Notes under the pieces: model-generated | Told to the model about the DNA's origin: nothing | Database searches by the model: none | Seen by the model: the letters and a program-made list of their open reading frames with translations, nothing else | Assembly (NCBI GenBank): GCA_965207885.1 | Contig: OZ242311.1 | Location: 352,001 to 416,000, forward strand | DNA length: 64,000 nt | Source of the DNA: Candidatus Latescibacterota bacterium | GTDB taxonomy: Bacteria; Latescibacterota; UBA2968 | Direction: 5' to 3' | Position numbers and translations under genes: made by a program | Shown here: in pieces, positions 44,790 to 54,755 of the stretch | How the letters are laid out: every line of letters starts with the position of its first letter | Numbering within the stretch: position 1 is the stretch's first letter

Positions 44790-47203
44790 TCATACCGCAG
44801 GGCGTCAACGGGATTGGAACGCGCAGCGCGGATGGCTTGAAGGCTTATGGTACACAGGGCGATGACAACGGCTAATAGGCTACACAGAATATAGATTTTT
44901 ATGCCGGGTTCAATGCGATACGCAAAGCCGTTGAGCCACTGTCCCATTGCCCAGTAGGCTATGGGCCAGGCGATGAGATTGGCAATGGTGAGGAGGAGTA
45001 CAAATTCTCGTGACAACAGTGCAATAATCTCACTTACCGATGCGCCCAATACTTTGCGGATGCCTATTTCTTTGGTGCGCTGAGAAACAGATAGGGATGC
45101 GAGGCCGAATAAACCCAGACACGCGATTAAGATTCCAAATCCCGATGCGTACCAGACGATTTGGAGCCAGCGCTGTTCTCTGCGGTATTGCTGGTTGACC
45201 TGTTGGTCCAGGAATGTAAATGCAAATGGGCGCGCGGGTTCTATTTTTTTCCAGGTTTCTCGCAGCAATTCAATACTGCCGTTTACGTCTTCTGGACGAA
45301 TACGCACGAGAATGACGCTGGGACCACCATCTGGCGATGTGTGAAATACGATTGGGTCGATTTCGTTGTGAAGCGATTCGAAGTGAAAATTTTTCACCAC
45401 GCCAACCACCTGGTGCGGCTCTGTTCTGTTCAGTACGGGAAAGGGTTGTCCAATTGGATCTTCCCATTCAAAGATGTCTGCGAGTGTTTCATTGACGATT
45501 ACGGCGCGGTTGGGGTCGCTGGGAAATTCTGGGGAAAAGTTTCGCCCCATTTTCAGATCGATGCCCAGTGTTTTCAGATAGGCTTCGTCAATCCACATGG
45601 ACCAGATCCTGAGCAAGGTGCCATCGGGCAAGAGGTGGCCTCTCAGTTTTGTGCTGTTGATGAATGAATAGCCACCACCGGCAATATTTACGATGTGGTC
45701 GTGGTCGCGCAAGACTTCGCGCAAGCGCTGGAGGTTTTCGCGCGTGGCGTTGCGCAAGACGACGGTCTGCTCGCTGGTATATCCCAAATTTTTTGTCTGC
45801 AAATAGTCCAGTTGCTGCGCCATGATTCCCGTGCAGATCATCAATACGATTGACAAGGCATATTGCACGATGACGAGGGCGCTTGTGAAGGGTTTGCGCC
45901 GTTTTGTCCGCGTGTTGCCCTTGAATACCGATATGGGTTGTAATTTTGACAATATTAGTGCTGGATAACTGCCTGCGGCGAGTCCGACAAATACGAGTAC
46001 ACCTGTAAGCGCGACGATCAATTCCCAACCGGGGATGAGTGTCACTTCTCCGGCAATCATGGCGTTGAATACGGGTAAAAACAATCTGGCAAGTACCAGT
46101 CCCAGGATCAGGGCGAGCAAGCTCATGAACAGGGTTTCACCCCAGAATTGTTGCATGACGTTGCCGCGATGTGCGCCCAATACTTTGCGCATGCCCACTT
46201 CCAGTGACCGCCGCGCCGAGTATCCGAGGGACAGGGTTGTGAAATTGATGCACGCGATCAACAGCACTGCTATGCCAATGGCTGATAGGACATAGGCGAA
46301 CATGGGGCTGATGGTTTGTTCGTATCCTCCGGTTACTTCGTTTTGAAAATGAATTTTTACGAGTGGTTGTAATTGGAATTGAAATGCATCGGCGCGATCT
46401 TGAATGCGCCCCCATCTGATCCAGTTACTTCGCTGTCTGGTCAGTCGCTCGGTGGTAAATGTGGCGAGTTTTTCGTTTAATGCGGTCGCCTGATTCGCGT
46501 CGTGGATTTGAACATAAGTCGATACGCGCGCGCCCGACGCATTCGACATTTGAAAATGCCATTTGTTATCTCGATACGCACTCTCAAAGGGGATGAGTAT
46601 GTCATTTCCACGCATGCTCGAGGTCAGTGGCAATGCTTTCATAATGCCTGTGACGACATACTCCCGGGGGTCCCGAATGCCCTTGATACGCAGCGACTGG
46701 CCGATCACACGGGCGTAATTTTCTGTTTCATCAAAGTATTTTTTCGCCACGCGCTCGCTGATGACCACGCTGTGCATGTCGTCAAGTGCGGTATTTGCAT
46801 CTCCGGCTAATAGCGGATAGGTGAATATCTGCAAATACGCGGGATCTATTAGTGCAATGCGTTCCCCAAATAGCTTATTCCCACGCTCGATAATCACATT
46901 TGAATTGGCAAATCGCGTTGTGTGAGCGATTTCTGGGAATGCTTCTTTCAAGGCGGCTGCGAGATCTTCTGGCTGTTTTACCGTTCGTGCGATTTCGCCT
47001 TCTTTCGTGATTTCCCGCGCCAATACCCGAAAGATCACATCCCTGTTTTTGTGAAACCGATCAAAAGACCACTGCTGATGCACTGCCGAAAAAATGAGCA
47101 CACAGCACGCCATCCCTATCGCGAGTCCCAGGATGTTAATTGATGCGTACAATTTGTTCCGCATCAAATTGCGCAGGGCGATTTTGAGATAGTTTGTAAG
47201 CAT
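44786..47203 (-). CDS. MacB/FtsX-type ABC transporter permease
   Basis: MLTNYLKIALRNL, IACINF, RTKEIGIRKVLGA, NPVDALRYE. Confidence 0.93.
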   Translation of the reverse strand: MLTNYLKIALRNLMRNKLYASINILGLAIGMACCVLIFSAVHQQWSFDRFHKNRDVIFRVLAREITKEGEIARTVKQPEDLAAALKEAFPEIAHTTRFANSNVIIERGNKLFGERIALIDPAYLQIFTYPLLAGDANTALDDMHSVVISERVAKKYFDETENYARVIGQSLRIKGIRDPREYVVTGIMKALPLTSSMRGNDILIPFESAYRDNKWHFQMSNASGARVSTYVQIHDANQATALNEKLATFTTERLTRQRSNWIRWGRIQDRADAFQFQLQPLVKIHFQNEVTGGYEQTISPMFAYVLSAIGIAVLLIACINFTTLSLGYSARRSLEVGMRKVLGAHRGNVMQQFWGETLFMSLLALILGLVLARLFLPVFNAMIAGEVTLIPGWELIVALTGVLVFVGLAAGSYPALILSKLQPISVFKGNTRTKRRKPFTSALVIVQYALSIVLMICTGIMAQQLDYLQTKNLGYTSEQTVVLRNATRENLQRLREVLRDHDHIVNIAGGGYSFINSTKLRGHLLPDGTLLRIWSMWIDEAYLKTLGIDLKMGRNFSPEFPSDPNRAVIVNETLADIFEWEDPIGQPFPVLNRTEPHQVVGVVKNFHFESLHNEIDPIVFHTSPDGGPSVILVRIRPEDVNGSIELLRETWKKIEPARPFAFTFLDQQVNQQYRREQRWLQIVWYASGFGILIACLGLFGLASLSVSQRTKEIGIRKVLGASVSEIIALLSREFVLLLTIANLIAWPIAYWAMGQWLNGFAYRIEPGIKIYILCSLLAVVIALCTISLQAIRAARSNPVDALRYE

Positions 47204-47215
47204 GCGGTTTTTCCG

Positions 47216-47893
47216 CTATCCCCTGATGTTTTCTGTGACGACATGACCGTCGAACAGGTGGATGACGCGATGGGCGTACCCCGCGTCGTGGGAGTTATGC
47301 GTCACCATTACGATTGTGGTGCCGTTTTTGTTCAGTTCGGTCAACAGATCCATGACTTCGTTGCCGTTTGCCGAGTCGAGATTACCCGTTGGCTCGTCTG
47401 CGAGGATGATGTTGGGGTTTGCTATGACGGCTCTCGCTACGGCTACGCGCTGCTGCTGACCGCCTGATAATTGCTGCGGGAAATGCTTTTCGCGGTGTTT
47501 GATGCCCATGTATTCGAGGGATTCGTCCAGGCGCTGTTTGCGCTCGCTGGCCGGTAAGCCCAGATATAACAGGGGCAGTTCCACGTTTTCGGCAACGGTC
47601 AGTTCGTCGATGAGGTTGAAACTTTGAAATACAAAGCCGATGTTTGACTTGCGGGTGTTGGCTCTTTGCCGTTCGGTGTGTTTGGATACTTCTTCTTCGT
47701 TCAGAAAGTATTCTCCGTCGCTCGGGTTGTCCAGCAGGCCGAGTACGTTCAAGAGTGTGGATTTGCCGCATCCTGAGGGTCCCATTACGGCGACGAATTC
47801 GCCTTCGTCAATGTCTATATTGACACTGTTCAGGGCGGTTGTTTCCACTTCTTCTGTGGTATAGACTTTCTGGAGGTTGACGGTTTTGATCAT
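47216..47893 (-). CDS. ABC transporter ATP-binding protein
   Basis: [26 protein letters not shown]. Confidence 0.95.
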   Translation of the reverse strand: MIKTVNLQKVYTTEEVETTALNSVNIDIDEGEFVAVMGPSGCGKSTLLNVLGLLDNPSDGEYFLNEEEVSKHTERQRANTRKSNIGFVFQSFNLIDELTVAENVELPLLYLGLPASERKQRLDESLEYMGIKHREKHFPQQLSGGQQQRVAVARAVIANPNIILADEPTGNLDSANGNEVMDLLTELNKNGTTIVMVTHNSHDAGYAHRVIHLFDGHVVTENIRG

Positions 47894-47924
47894 TGTGAGA
47901 CTCCTTTTGTAAAAAGCGATTGGT

Positions 47925-49283
47925 TTACCGCTTTAAAACCAGCTTGTCGATTTCTTCGTAATTATCATAAGACGATGTGACCACGCGCTCGCCGGGAGAG
48001 AGGCCGGCGAGGACTTCGAAGTATTCGGGGCTTTGGCGGCCTATGCGCACTTCGCGGCGTATGGCTTCGTCGCCTTCGACGACAAATACCCAGTTGCCGC
48101 CTGTTGTTTGATAAAATCCACCGCGCGGAAGCAAGAGGGCTTCTTCGGGTGCGTCGAGTTCCAATCGTATCTGTTCTGTTTGACCGCGCCGAATGCTTTG
48201 AGGTGTCGCATCCACAAAATCCATATCGACTTCAAATTGTCCTTCTAAGACTTCAGGAAAGACCCGACGGATTGTGAGTTCATAAGCTTCATCGTCGATT
48301 TCAATGGTGCCTTTGAGTCCTTTTGTGATTCTCGTGATGTAAAATTCATCGATGCCCACCCGCATTTTATAGGCGTCGAGTACATCGACCTGGCCAATGC
48401 GCCTTCCCCTGTTCATCAACTGACCGATTTCTGCATTTAATTGGGACAATTGGCCGGCAATGGGGGCGCGTACGGTCAGGTTTTCCAATGGGCGGCGCAC
48501 ATGCTCCAATTGCCGTTGCAAACTCCTGGCGCTCGTGTCCAGTGCAGCGAGTTGGTTGATGCGATACAGCGAGTCCTGGCGTACTGTTTCCAATGCAAAT
48601 GACCTGCGTTTTTGATCGTTTTGATATCGATCCCGCGCACTTTCAAACAGGTCTTGGGAAGTCAATCCGCGTTCGAACAAAACTTTCTGCTTTTCGTGTT
48701 GGCGTTCTGTCTCCCGCAAGTTCAATTCAACGCGCATCAGTTCCTGACGGTTGCGAATAGCCCGATTTTCCAGATTCAACCGGGTGTTTTCCATGTTGTT
48801 GATTTGTTCAAATAAACGGGCTTCCTGGGTTAAAATATTTTGTTCCAGGGTGGGATTCGACAATTTCAAAATGGGCATGCCTTTTTCGACCATTGTTCCT
48901 TCTTCCAGGAAGATTTCCTCTATTTGTCCGCCTTCCAGTGCGTCGATATAATATGTCTGAATCGGCAATACCGTGCCGCGCTGGACTGTAAATTCCTGAA
49001 AGGGACCGCGCGTGACTTCTGAAATGGTAATTCGATCAACCTGTACATTGAGTCTGGCGCTGTGGTCACCAAAGACAGCCATGTAGATCACGGCACACAC
49101 AAATACCGCGATCCCGCCGATGCTGGCGATGCGCTTTGGTGTCCATACTTTTTTTTCGACCCTGCGGTCCATGCCGTCCTGGCTCGTGGCTTCCGGTGAC
49201 GGTTCGGACGAGGAAGAACCCCTGCCTACAAAGCTGGGTACGGCTTTCTTTTTTTGTGGATCATCTCGTTCGGGTGTTGACAC
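47925..49283 (-). CDS. Periplasmic adaptor (HlyD/MFP) subunit
   Basis: N-terminal TM, lipoyl-like EGGQIEEIFLEEG, coiled coil, VRAPIAGQL, GLSPGERVV. Confidence 0.88.
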   Translation of the reverse strand: MSTPERDDPQKKKAVPSFVGRGSSSSEPSPEATSQDGMDRRVEKKVWTPKRIASIGGIAVFVCAVIYMAVFGDHSARLNVQVDRITISEVTRGPFQEFTVQRGTVLPIQTYYIDALEGGQIEEIFLEEGTMVEKGMPILKLSNPTLEQNILTQEARLFEQINNMENTRLNLENRAIRNRQELMRVELNLRETERQHEKQKVLFERGLTSQDLFESARDRYQNDQKRRSFALETVRQDSLYRINQLAALDTSARSLQRQLEHVRRPLENLTVRAPIAGQLSQLNAEIGQLMNRGRRIGQVDVLDAYKMRVGIDEFYITRITKGLKGTIEIDDEAYELTIRRVFPEVLEGQFEVDMDFVDATPQSIRRGQTEQIRLELDAPEEALLLPRGGFYQTTGGNWVFVVEGDEAIRREVRIGRQSPEYFEVLAGLSPGERVVTSSYDNYEEIDKLVLKR

Positions 49284-49386
49284 GTTTGTACCCTCTATCC
49301 AGAGTTTGGTGTGAATGCTGAATGGGAAAAATAGTCATACTTTGAACAATATTCAACTTTGTTTTGCGTCAATGGGACTCTTATTT

Positions 49387-51804
49387 TTACTCCGTCCGCA
49401 AGGCATCCACTGGATTTGTCCGGGCGGCTTTGAGGGTCTGGGTGGTGACGGTTGTGAGTACGACGAGGAACAGGGCTATGCTGCCGAGTAAGAATATACT
49501 AATACCCAATTCGGTGCGGTAGGCGAAGGTTTGTAACCATTGATTGGTCGCGTAATAGGCGATGGGGAATGCGATGAGGCTCGATAGGGCGATGTAGAGG
49601 ACAAATTCTCGCGAGAGCAGGGATAGAATTTGCGTCTGTGATGCGCCCAGGACTTTGCGAATGCCTATTTCTTTGGTGCGTCTTGTTGTGGCGAGAGCAG
49701 CCAGTCCGAAAGCGCCGAGTGCAGCGATGAAGATGGCGAATCCCGTGGCGTATTGGATCATGAGATTCCAGCGTTCTTCTTTGTGGTATTGTCTGTCTAT
49801 GTATTCATCGACAAACGAAAAGTCGAATTCCAGAGCGGGTGCGATTTCTTTCCATTTTTCTTTCATAAATGCGATGGTGCCGGGCACATTTTCGGGATGG
49901 ATGCGAACCAGCAGGCTATGCTGGCTAATTGTGGAGAGGGGCATAATGACGGGTCCAATTTCATGGTGCAAAGAGCGAAAATGAAAGTCGCGTACGACGC
50001 CGATGATGGTCTTGGACTTGGAAATAGTACGCTTTTCGTGTGGATTATTCATTCGCGAGTCTTTTAGAACCTCTTTAATCGTTTTGCCAATGGGATCTTC
50101 TATACCGAGTTTTTTGACCAACGCCTCGTTGACGATAATCGATTTTTTTCGATCGGTTGGAAATTCCTCAGAATATTCCCGACCTGCAACGAGTTTTATG
50201 TCGAGTGTCTTGAACACATCGTAAGCAATAGGCATCATTTCAACCGGTTGTTCTTGAATGTCTTCATAACTCACAAAAATATTAGGAGGGCGCGGAGGCG
50301 CGAACATATTGCTGTATAAATCGCCACCATCAAACCAGGTTGTGCTGATCACCGCCGGATAGGACTGTAGTGCATCCCGAAAAACAGTGGGCAGGTTTCT
50401 GTACTCCGGTCTGAAGACCATATAAAAGGTCGAAATGGAAACGAGGTGTTCGGCCTGAAATCCCAGGGGTTTGGTTCGCAAATAAGCGAGTTGTTTGCCC
50501 ATCATCAGGGCGGTGATGATGAAGAATATGGATAGGGCAAACTGAAAAACGACCAGTACGCGACCAAAGCGATTGCCCGTTTTGACTCTCAATCGGCTCG
50601 TTATGATCTGGGTTGGCTGCAAGCGGGATAGTACAAAGGCGGGATATCCCCCTGCTGTGATGCCGACGAGGCTGATCAGCAGAATAAGAAAGGCGAGTGT
50701 TGTGAAATTGAGGCCGTCGCTCATAGACAGGGATTGGTGAGATAGGTTATTGAATGTTGGCAGGGCGAGTTCTGCTATGGCAATGCCAGCGATGCACGCG
50801 ATGGTGATGAGTAGGAGCGATTCGCCGATAAATTGTTTTGCGATTTGCAGGCGTCCTGCGCCGACGACTTTTCGCAAGCCGACTTCTCGCGCCCGGGTTG
50901 CCTGTCGTCCGAGTGTCAGGGTTGTGAAGTTGACACATGCGATAAATAGCACGAGTAGTGCAATGCCCGATAAGATGTACGTATAAATGGGATTGCTGGC
51001 ATCCGAGGTCTGGACAATTGGGTTAAAGTGCATTTGCGTGAGTGGCTGAAGTTTGAGCTGGTTTTCGCTCTTTTCTCCCCACCAGATTTTGGTCCATTTG
51101 GGAAATTGTTGTTCAAGGCTATTGGGATTTACATTTGGCGGAAGCAGCATATACGTGTCCGCTCTGGCGTATTTACTATCAGCGTACTCGCTTCCTTCAA
51201 AAGGCAATAGCATGTCAAATTGAAGCGTAGAATTTTTGGGCACATTTTTTAGAATACCCGTGACGGTGTAATTTTTAATTTCGTCTTTGCGCAGCACGGG
51301 ATTGAAATGCTGGATGGGAAGTGTCTCGCCAATCGCATTGGCATCTTTGAAATATTTTTCAGCAATTCTTTCCGTTATAAGCGCGGAATACTTGTCTTGA
51401 AGAGAGGCCTCGCCGCGAATGACTGGAAACGAAAAAAATTCGAGGAAGTTGGGATCAACATAACTCCACAAGGCTTCAAAAGCCCGATCGTCTATGCCAA
51501 TTTTTCCAAATCCCCCCCCTGAACGAGCCGTTTGCATCTCGGGGAATGCCTCCCTCAGTGCCGCGCCGTCAGTAGCTCGGGGGTCTTCTCCAATCCCGGA
51601 GGGCGTTTGCACATAGACCTGATAGATGCGGTTGGCGTTTTCGTGAAAGGTGTCGTAGGTCCATTCGTGGTGGACAAAGAGGTAGGTGATAATGCAGAAT
51701 GCGAGGCCGATGGACAGGCCGACGATGTTGATGGCGGAGTAGATGCGGTGTCTGGCGAGGTTGCGGATCGCTGTTTTCAGATAGCTAATAAATAGAGACA
51801 ACAT
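49387..51804 (-). CDS. MacB/FtsX-type ABC transporter permease
   Basis: YLKTAIRNL, IACVNF, RTKEIGIRKVLGA, NPVDALRTE; start at 51804 with AGGAG RBS. Confidence 0.92.
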   Translation of the reverse strand: MLSLFISYLKTAIRNLARHRIYSAINIVGLSIGLAFCIITYLFVHHEWTYDTFHENANRIYQVYVQTPSGIGEDPRATDGAALREAFPEMQTARSGGGFGKIGIDDRAFEALWSYVDPNFLEFFSFPVIRGEASLQDKYSALITERIAEKYFKDANAIGETLPIQHFNPVLRKDEIKNYTVTGILKNVPKNSTLQFDMLLPFEGSEYADSKYARADTYMLLPPNVNPNSLEQQFPKWTKIWWGEKSENQLKLQPLTQMHFNPIVQTSDASNPIYTYILSGIALLVLFIACVNFTTLTLGRQATRAREVGLRKVVGAGRLQIAKQFIGESLLLITIACIAGIAIAELALPTFNNLSHQSLSMSDGLNFTTLAFLILLISLVGITAGGYPAFVLSRLQPTQIITSRLRVKTGNRFGRVLVVFQFALSIFFIITALMMGKQLAYLRTKPLGFQAEHLVSISTFYMVFRPEYRNLPTVFRDALQSYPAVISTTWFDGGDLYSNMFAPPRPPNIFVSYEDIQEQPVEMMPIAYDVFKTLDIKLVAGREYSEEFPTDRKKSIIVNEALVKKLGIEDPIGKTIKEVLKDSRMNNPHEKRTISKSKTIIGVVRDFHFRSLHHEIGPVIMPLSTISQHSLLVRIHPENVPGTIAFMKEKWKEIAPALEFDFSFVDEYIDRQYHKEERWNLMIQYATGFAIFIAALGAFGLAALATTRRTKEIGIRKVLGASQTQILSLLSREFVLYIALSSLIAFPIAYYATNQWLQTFAYRTELGISIFLLGSIALFLVVLTTVTTQTLKAARTNPVDALRTE

Positions 51805-51869
51805 TGGTTTCTCCTGTGCAGGGATAGGACTCGCACCATACAGGTAAAGTGAATCTGTAAAAAATAGCA

Positions 51870-51987
51870 AGCAATTCCCGTGCCAAAAACATCTTCTCTA
51901 TGTTTTACAAGTAGTTATGAAAATCTGTGCCATGAACGCCGTTCACTAAGTGTCCGATTTTGATACAGTAGTGTCCGAAAATGAACA
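51870..51987 (-). promoter_or_regulatory. sigma54 promoter with candidate IHF site and tandem upstream activator sites
   Basis: Minus strand TGGCACGGGAATTGCT (51885-51870) is a -24/-12 consensus; IHF-like TTACAAGTAGTTA at about 51905-51917; TGTCCGATTTTGATACA (51951-51967) and TGTCCGAAAATGAACA (51972-51987). Confidence 0.75.
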
Positions 51988-52093
51988 CTTTATAAAAAAA
52001 CAGGAACATTGTTTTTAGTTCAATGTGCCTGCTGTATTATCGGAAGCAGGCATGATATAAGTCGCACGAAATTTGCCAGATTTTTCACTTCAC

Positions 52094-52137
52094 AAGCCCT
52101 TACCTCCCAAGTTTTTAAACTTGGGAGGTAAGGGCTT
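52094..52137. repeat. Perfect 21-bp inverted repeat
   Basis: AAGCCCTTACCTCCCAAGTTT-TT-AAACTTGGGAGGTAAGGGCTT. Confidence 0.9.
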
Positions 52138-52165
52138 AGAATTTGTTTTGCTTTAGCAAATTGAT

Positions 52166-53384
52166 CCTTACCAAAGCGTGTTATGTTGAGTATATTTGTC
52201 AATATGAAACTCACACTTCAAATACAACTGTTACCGGACGTTGCCACAGGCCAGAAGCTAAAAGCGACTGTTGCACGGTTCAATGAGGCTGCCAACTATC
52301 TTGCATCGAAGGCTTATGAGCGCACGTTGGCGAGTAAGTTTGCCCTACAAAAGCTGTACTATTCAGACTTGCGTCGCCAATTTGGTTTGTCCGCACAAAT
52401 GGCTATCCGTTGCATTGCCCAGGTTGTAGAAGCATTTAAGCGCGATAAAACGGTGCAACCGTCGTTTCGCCCAACTGCTGCTATGCCCTATGATCAACGG
52501 TTGTATAGCTTTAAGGGCATAGATCGTGTTTCGTTGCTCACCCTTGAAGGGCGCGTGCTTGTGCCGATGCTTATGGGCAACTACCAGCGTGAGCAGTTCG
52601 GCTATGCCAAAGGACAGGCAGACCTTGTGTTGCGTAAAGACGGCAAGTGGTTCTTGCTTGTCTCTGTCGATGTGCCTGATGGCACGCCAATACCGACCAC
52701 TGACTTTATCGGCGTTGATCTCGGGACAACAAACCTTGCTGTTACAGACGATGGTGAAACATTCTCCGGTGACACGGTTGAAAATGTTCGCCAGAAGATG
52801 CACGATCTGAAAAAGTCGCTCCAGCAGAAAGCGTCTGCCCTTGTCAAGCAAGGCAAAAGGCCGAAGAATGTCCGCAGAAAACTCTCTGTCATCTCTGGCA
52901 GGGAGAGCCGATTTCGCAGGAACACCAACCATATCATCTCTAAGCGCATTGTTGAGAAGGCTAAAGACACTGGCAAAGCGATTGCTCTTGAAGACCTCGA
53001 AGGCATACGCAAGAGCCAGAAACGGTTTCGCAAGCCTCAACGTGCTAAAATGTCTGGGTGGTCTTTCTTCCAACTGCGCACCTTTATCGAATATAAGGCA
53101 AAGCGTGCTGGTATCCGCATAGAACCTGTTGACCCCAAATATACCAGCCAGACGTGTGCCGAGTGTGGACATTGTGAGAAATCCAATAGACAAACCCAGG
53201 CATCCTTCCTGTGCAAAGTGTGTGGTCATAAAGACCATGCTGACCGCAACGCTGCTCGGAATATCCGAGCAAAGGCTTTGTGTCAACAAGCCTAAAGTCT
53301 CGCCATACCCCAATGGTGGTGTCAACCACCGGGGGAATCATGTGGCAGGGACAAGCCCACAGGCTTTAGACGTGGGTGGTTGAC
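52166..53384 (+). mobile_element. TnpB-only IS200/IS605-type (IS1341-like) element
   Basis: tnpB without tnpA; right end ACAAGCCCACAGGCTTTAGACGTGGGTGGTTGAC to 53384; left boundary tentative, placed after TTGAT (52161-52165). Confidence 0.7.
52204..53295 (+). CDS. tnpB: RNA-guided endonuclease TnpB
   Basis: RuvC-I GVDLG, RuvC-II IALEDL, zinc finger CAEC/CKVC, RuvC-III ADRNAARNI; all catalytic residues present. Confidence 0.93.
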   Translation: MKLTLQIQLLPDVATGQKLKATVARFNEAANYLASKAYERTLASKFALQKLYYSDLRRQFGLSAQMAIRCIAQVVEAFKRDKTVQPSFRPTAAMPYDQRLYSFKGIDRVSLLTLEGRVLVPMLMGNYQREQFGYAKGQADLVLRKDGKWFLLVSVDVPDGTPIPTTDFIGVDLGTTNLAVTDDGETFSGDTVENVRQKMHDLKKSLQQKASALVKQGKRPKNVRRKLSVISGRESRFRRNTNHIISKRIVEKAKDTGKAIALEDLEGIRKSQKRFRKPQRAKMSGWSFFQLRTFIEYKAKRAGIRIEPVDPKYTSQTCAECGHCEKSNRQTQASFLCKVCGHKDHADRNAARNIRAKALCQQA

Positions 53385-53404
53385 GTTCGACAGAACCTGA
53401 AAAA
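53250..53404 (+). ncRNA. Putative TnpB omega/reRNA scaffold plus guide
   Basis: Hairpins GGTGGT/ACCACC and GCCCAC/GTGGGT at the right end; established TnpB biology puts the guide right after the right end. The 5' boundary is a guess. Confidence 0.55.
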
Positions 53405-53417
53405 CCTCTTCTATTAG

Positions 53418-53524
53418 TTGACAAAAAGCAGGGCATACACTACATTTGGCTCATATCCGCTACGCTCGTAGGCGAGTCTATCTTTTAGCCCCCGTGTGGT
53501 GACGCACAGGGGCTTTTATTTTTT
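53418..53524 (+). promoter_or_regulatory. sigma70 promoter followed by a ~70-nt leader ending in an intrinsic terminator
   Basis: TTGACA(53418)-17 nt-TACATT(53441); stem AGCCCC.GTGTG-GTGA-CGCAC.GGGGCT (53487-53514) plus T-tract. Confidence 0.65.
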
Positions 53525-53578
53525 AATAAAGGTGAAAAATGCGTCGAATATTTTGATCTTTGGAAAGGAAGATGCCTT

Positions 53579-54667
53579 ATGTCTGAACATATTACAATTT
53601 TGGGTGGGGGTAATACGGCGTTTGCCGCGGCTGCGAATCTGACGTTGAAGGGGTTTGGTGTTACGCTTTGCGAATTGCCGGATTTCAGGGAGATGCTCGA
53701 TCCCGTGCGCGATAGTGGGGTGATTCATCTGGTAGGTGTTGAGGAGACGGGGGCGGCGAAGGTTCACAGTTTGACCACGGATATTGAGGCAGCTTTGAAG
53801 GCCTCGGATCTGATTCTGGTGATTGTGCCAGCGTATGCACATAAGCCTTTTGCGCTGGCGTGTGCGCCCTATCTGGGACCCGAGCATACGGTTGTGCTGA
53901 TGCCGGGTACGCTGGGTACGCTGGAATGGGCGACGTTGTTGAGAGAACAGGGTGTGGCGGGGGTCACGCTTGCCGAGGTGGATACTGCGCCTTATGTGTG
54001 TCGGAAGACTGCGCCGGATACGGCGACGATTTGGGGTACTGTGACCGGATTAGGTCTGGGGGTTTTGCCGGCGACGGAGACTGAGCGGGTGCGCGAGCGT
54101 TTGTCGCCTTTTTTTCCGGGGATTCAGGCGTATCCAACGGCGATGGCGTGTGGTTTGTCTGCGATGAATCCGGTTGTGCATCCCGCGGGTGTGTTGATGA
54201 ACACGGGGCGGATTGAGTATTCTCACGGGGAGTTCTATTTTTACGAGGAGGGGGTTTCCCCGTCTGTGGCGAAGACGATTATGGCTGTGGATGCAGAGCG
54301 CAGAGCCATTGCAAAGGCTTTGGGGTATGATCTGGTGGGGGCTGATGAGGCGTTTTATCGCGCGGGTTTTGGTCCGAAGGGGGATTTGTGGGCCGCGATT
54401 AATGGCAGCCGGATGCTGACGCAGCTCAAGGCACCGGGGTCGCTTGAGAGCCGATGGCTTACGGAGGATATTCCCTATGGTCTTTCAGCGTGGCACGATG
54501 TGGGCGCGCAATACGGGGTGGATGCGCCTTTGATGCGCGGGCTGGTGGATATTGCGTCTGTGGTGATGGGTTTTGATGGATGGACTTCAGGGCGCAGCGT
54601 GCGCGAGTTGGGGATTGAGGGGATGGATCTGGATGGTTTGAATGCGTTTTTGGAGACGGGATTATGA
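53579..54667 (+). CDS. NAD/NADP-dependent opine (octopine/nopaline) dehydrogenase family protein
   Basis: ILGGGN, NPVVHP, FYFYEEGVSP, RWLTEDIPYGL. Confidence 0.88.
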   Translation: MSEHITILGGGNTAFAAAANLTLKGFGVTLCELPDFREMLDPVRDSGVIHLVGVEETGAAKVHSLTTDIEAALKASDLILVIVPAYAHKPFALACAPYLGPEHTVVLMPGTLGTLEWATLLREQGVAGVTLAEVDTAPYVCRKTAPDTATIWGTVTGLGLGVLPATETERVRERLSPFFPGIQAYPTAMACGLSAMNPVVHPAGVLMNTGRIEYSHGEFYFYEEGVSPSVAKTIMAVDAERRAIAKALGYDLVGADEAFYRAGFGPKGDLWAAINGSRMLTQLKAPGSLESRWLTEDIPYGLSAWHDVGAQYGVDAPLMRGLVDIASVVMGFDGWTSGRSVRELGIEGMDLDGLNAFLETGL

Positions 54668-54723
54668 AGTGAGAAGAGTAAAGTAAGAAGGCATAAGACT
54701 AAAGACAGTTCGATATATGTAAA

Positions 54724-54751
54724 AGCCCACCTGCTGGGGAGCGGGTGGGCT
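54724..54751. terminator. Hairpin between convergent genes
   Basis: AGCCCACCTGCT-GGGG-AGCGGGTGGGCT with an upstream A-tract. Confidence 0.65.
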
Positions 54752-54755
54752 ACTT

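Noticed and set aside
52204-53295. Cas12f-type CRISPR effector
   Set aside because: No array or cas genes nearby, and an IS-type right-end hairpin is present, so TnpB is the better call.
52363-53325. 320-aa ORF antisense to tnpB
   Set aside because: Shadow ORF with no motifs, overlapping a clear gene.
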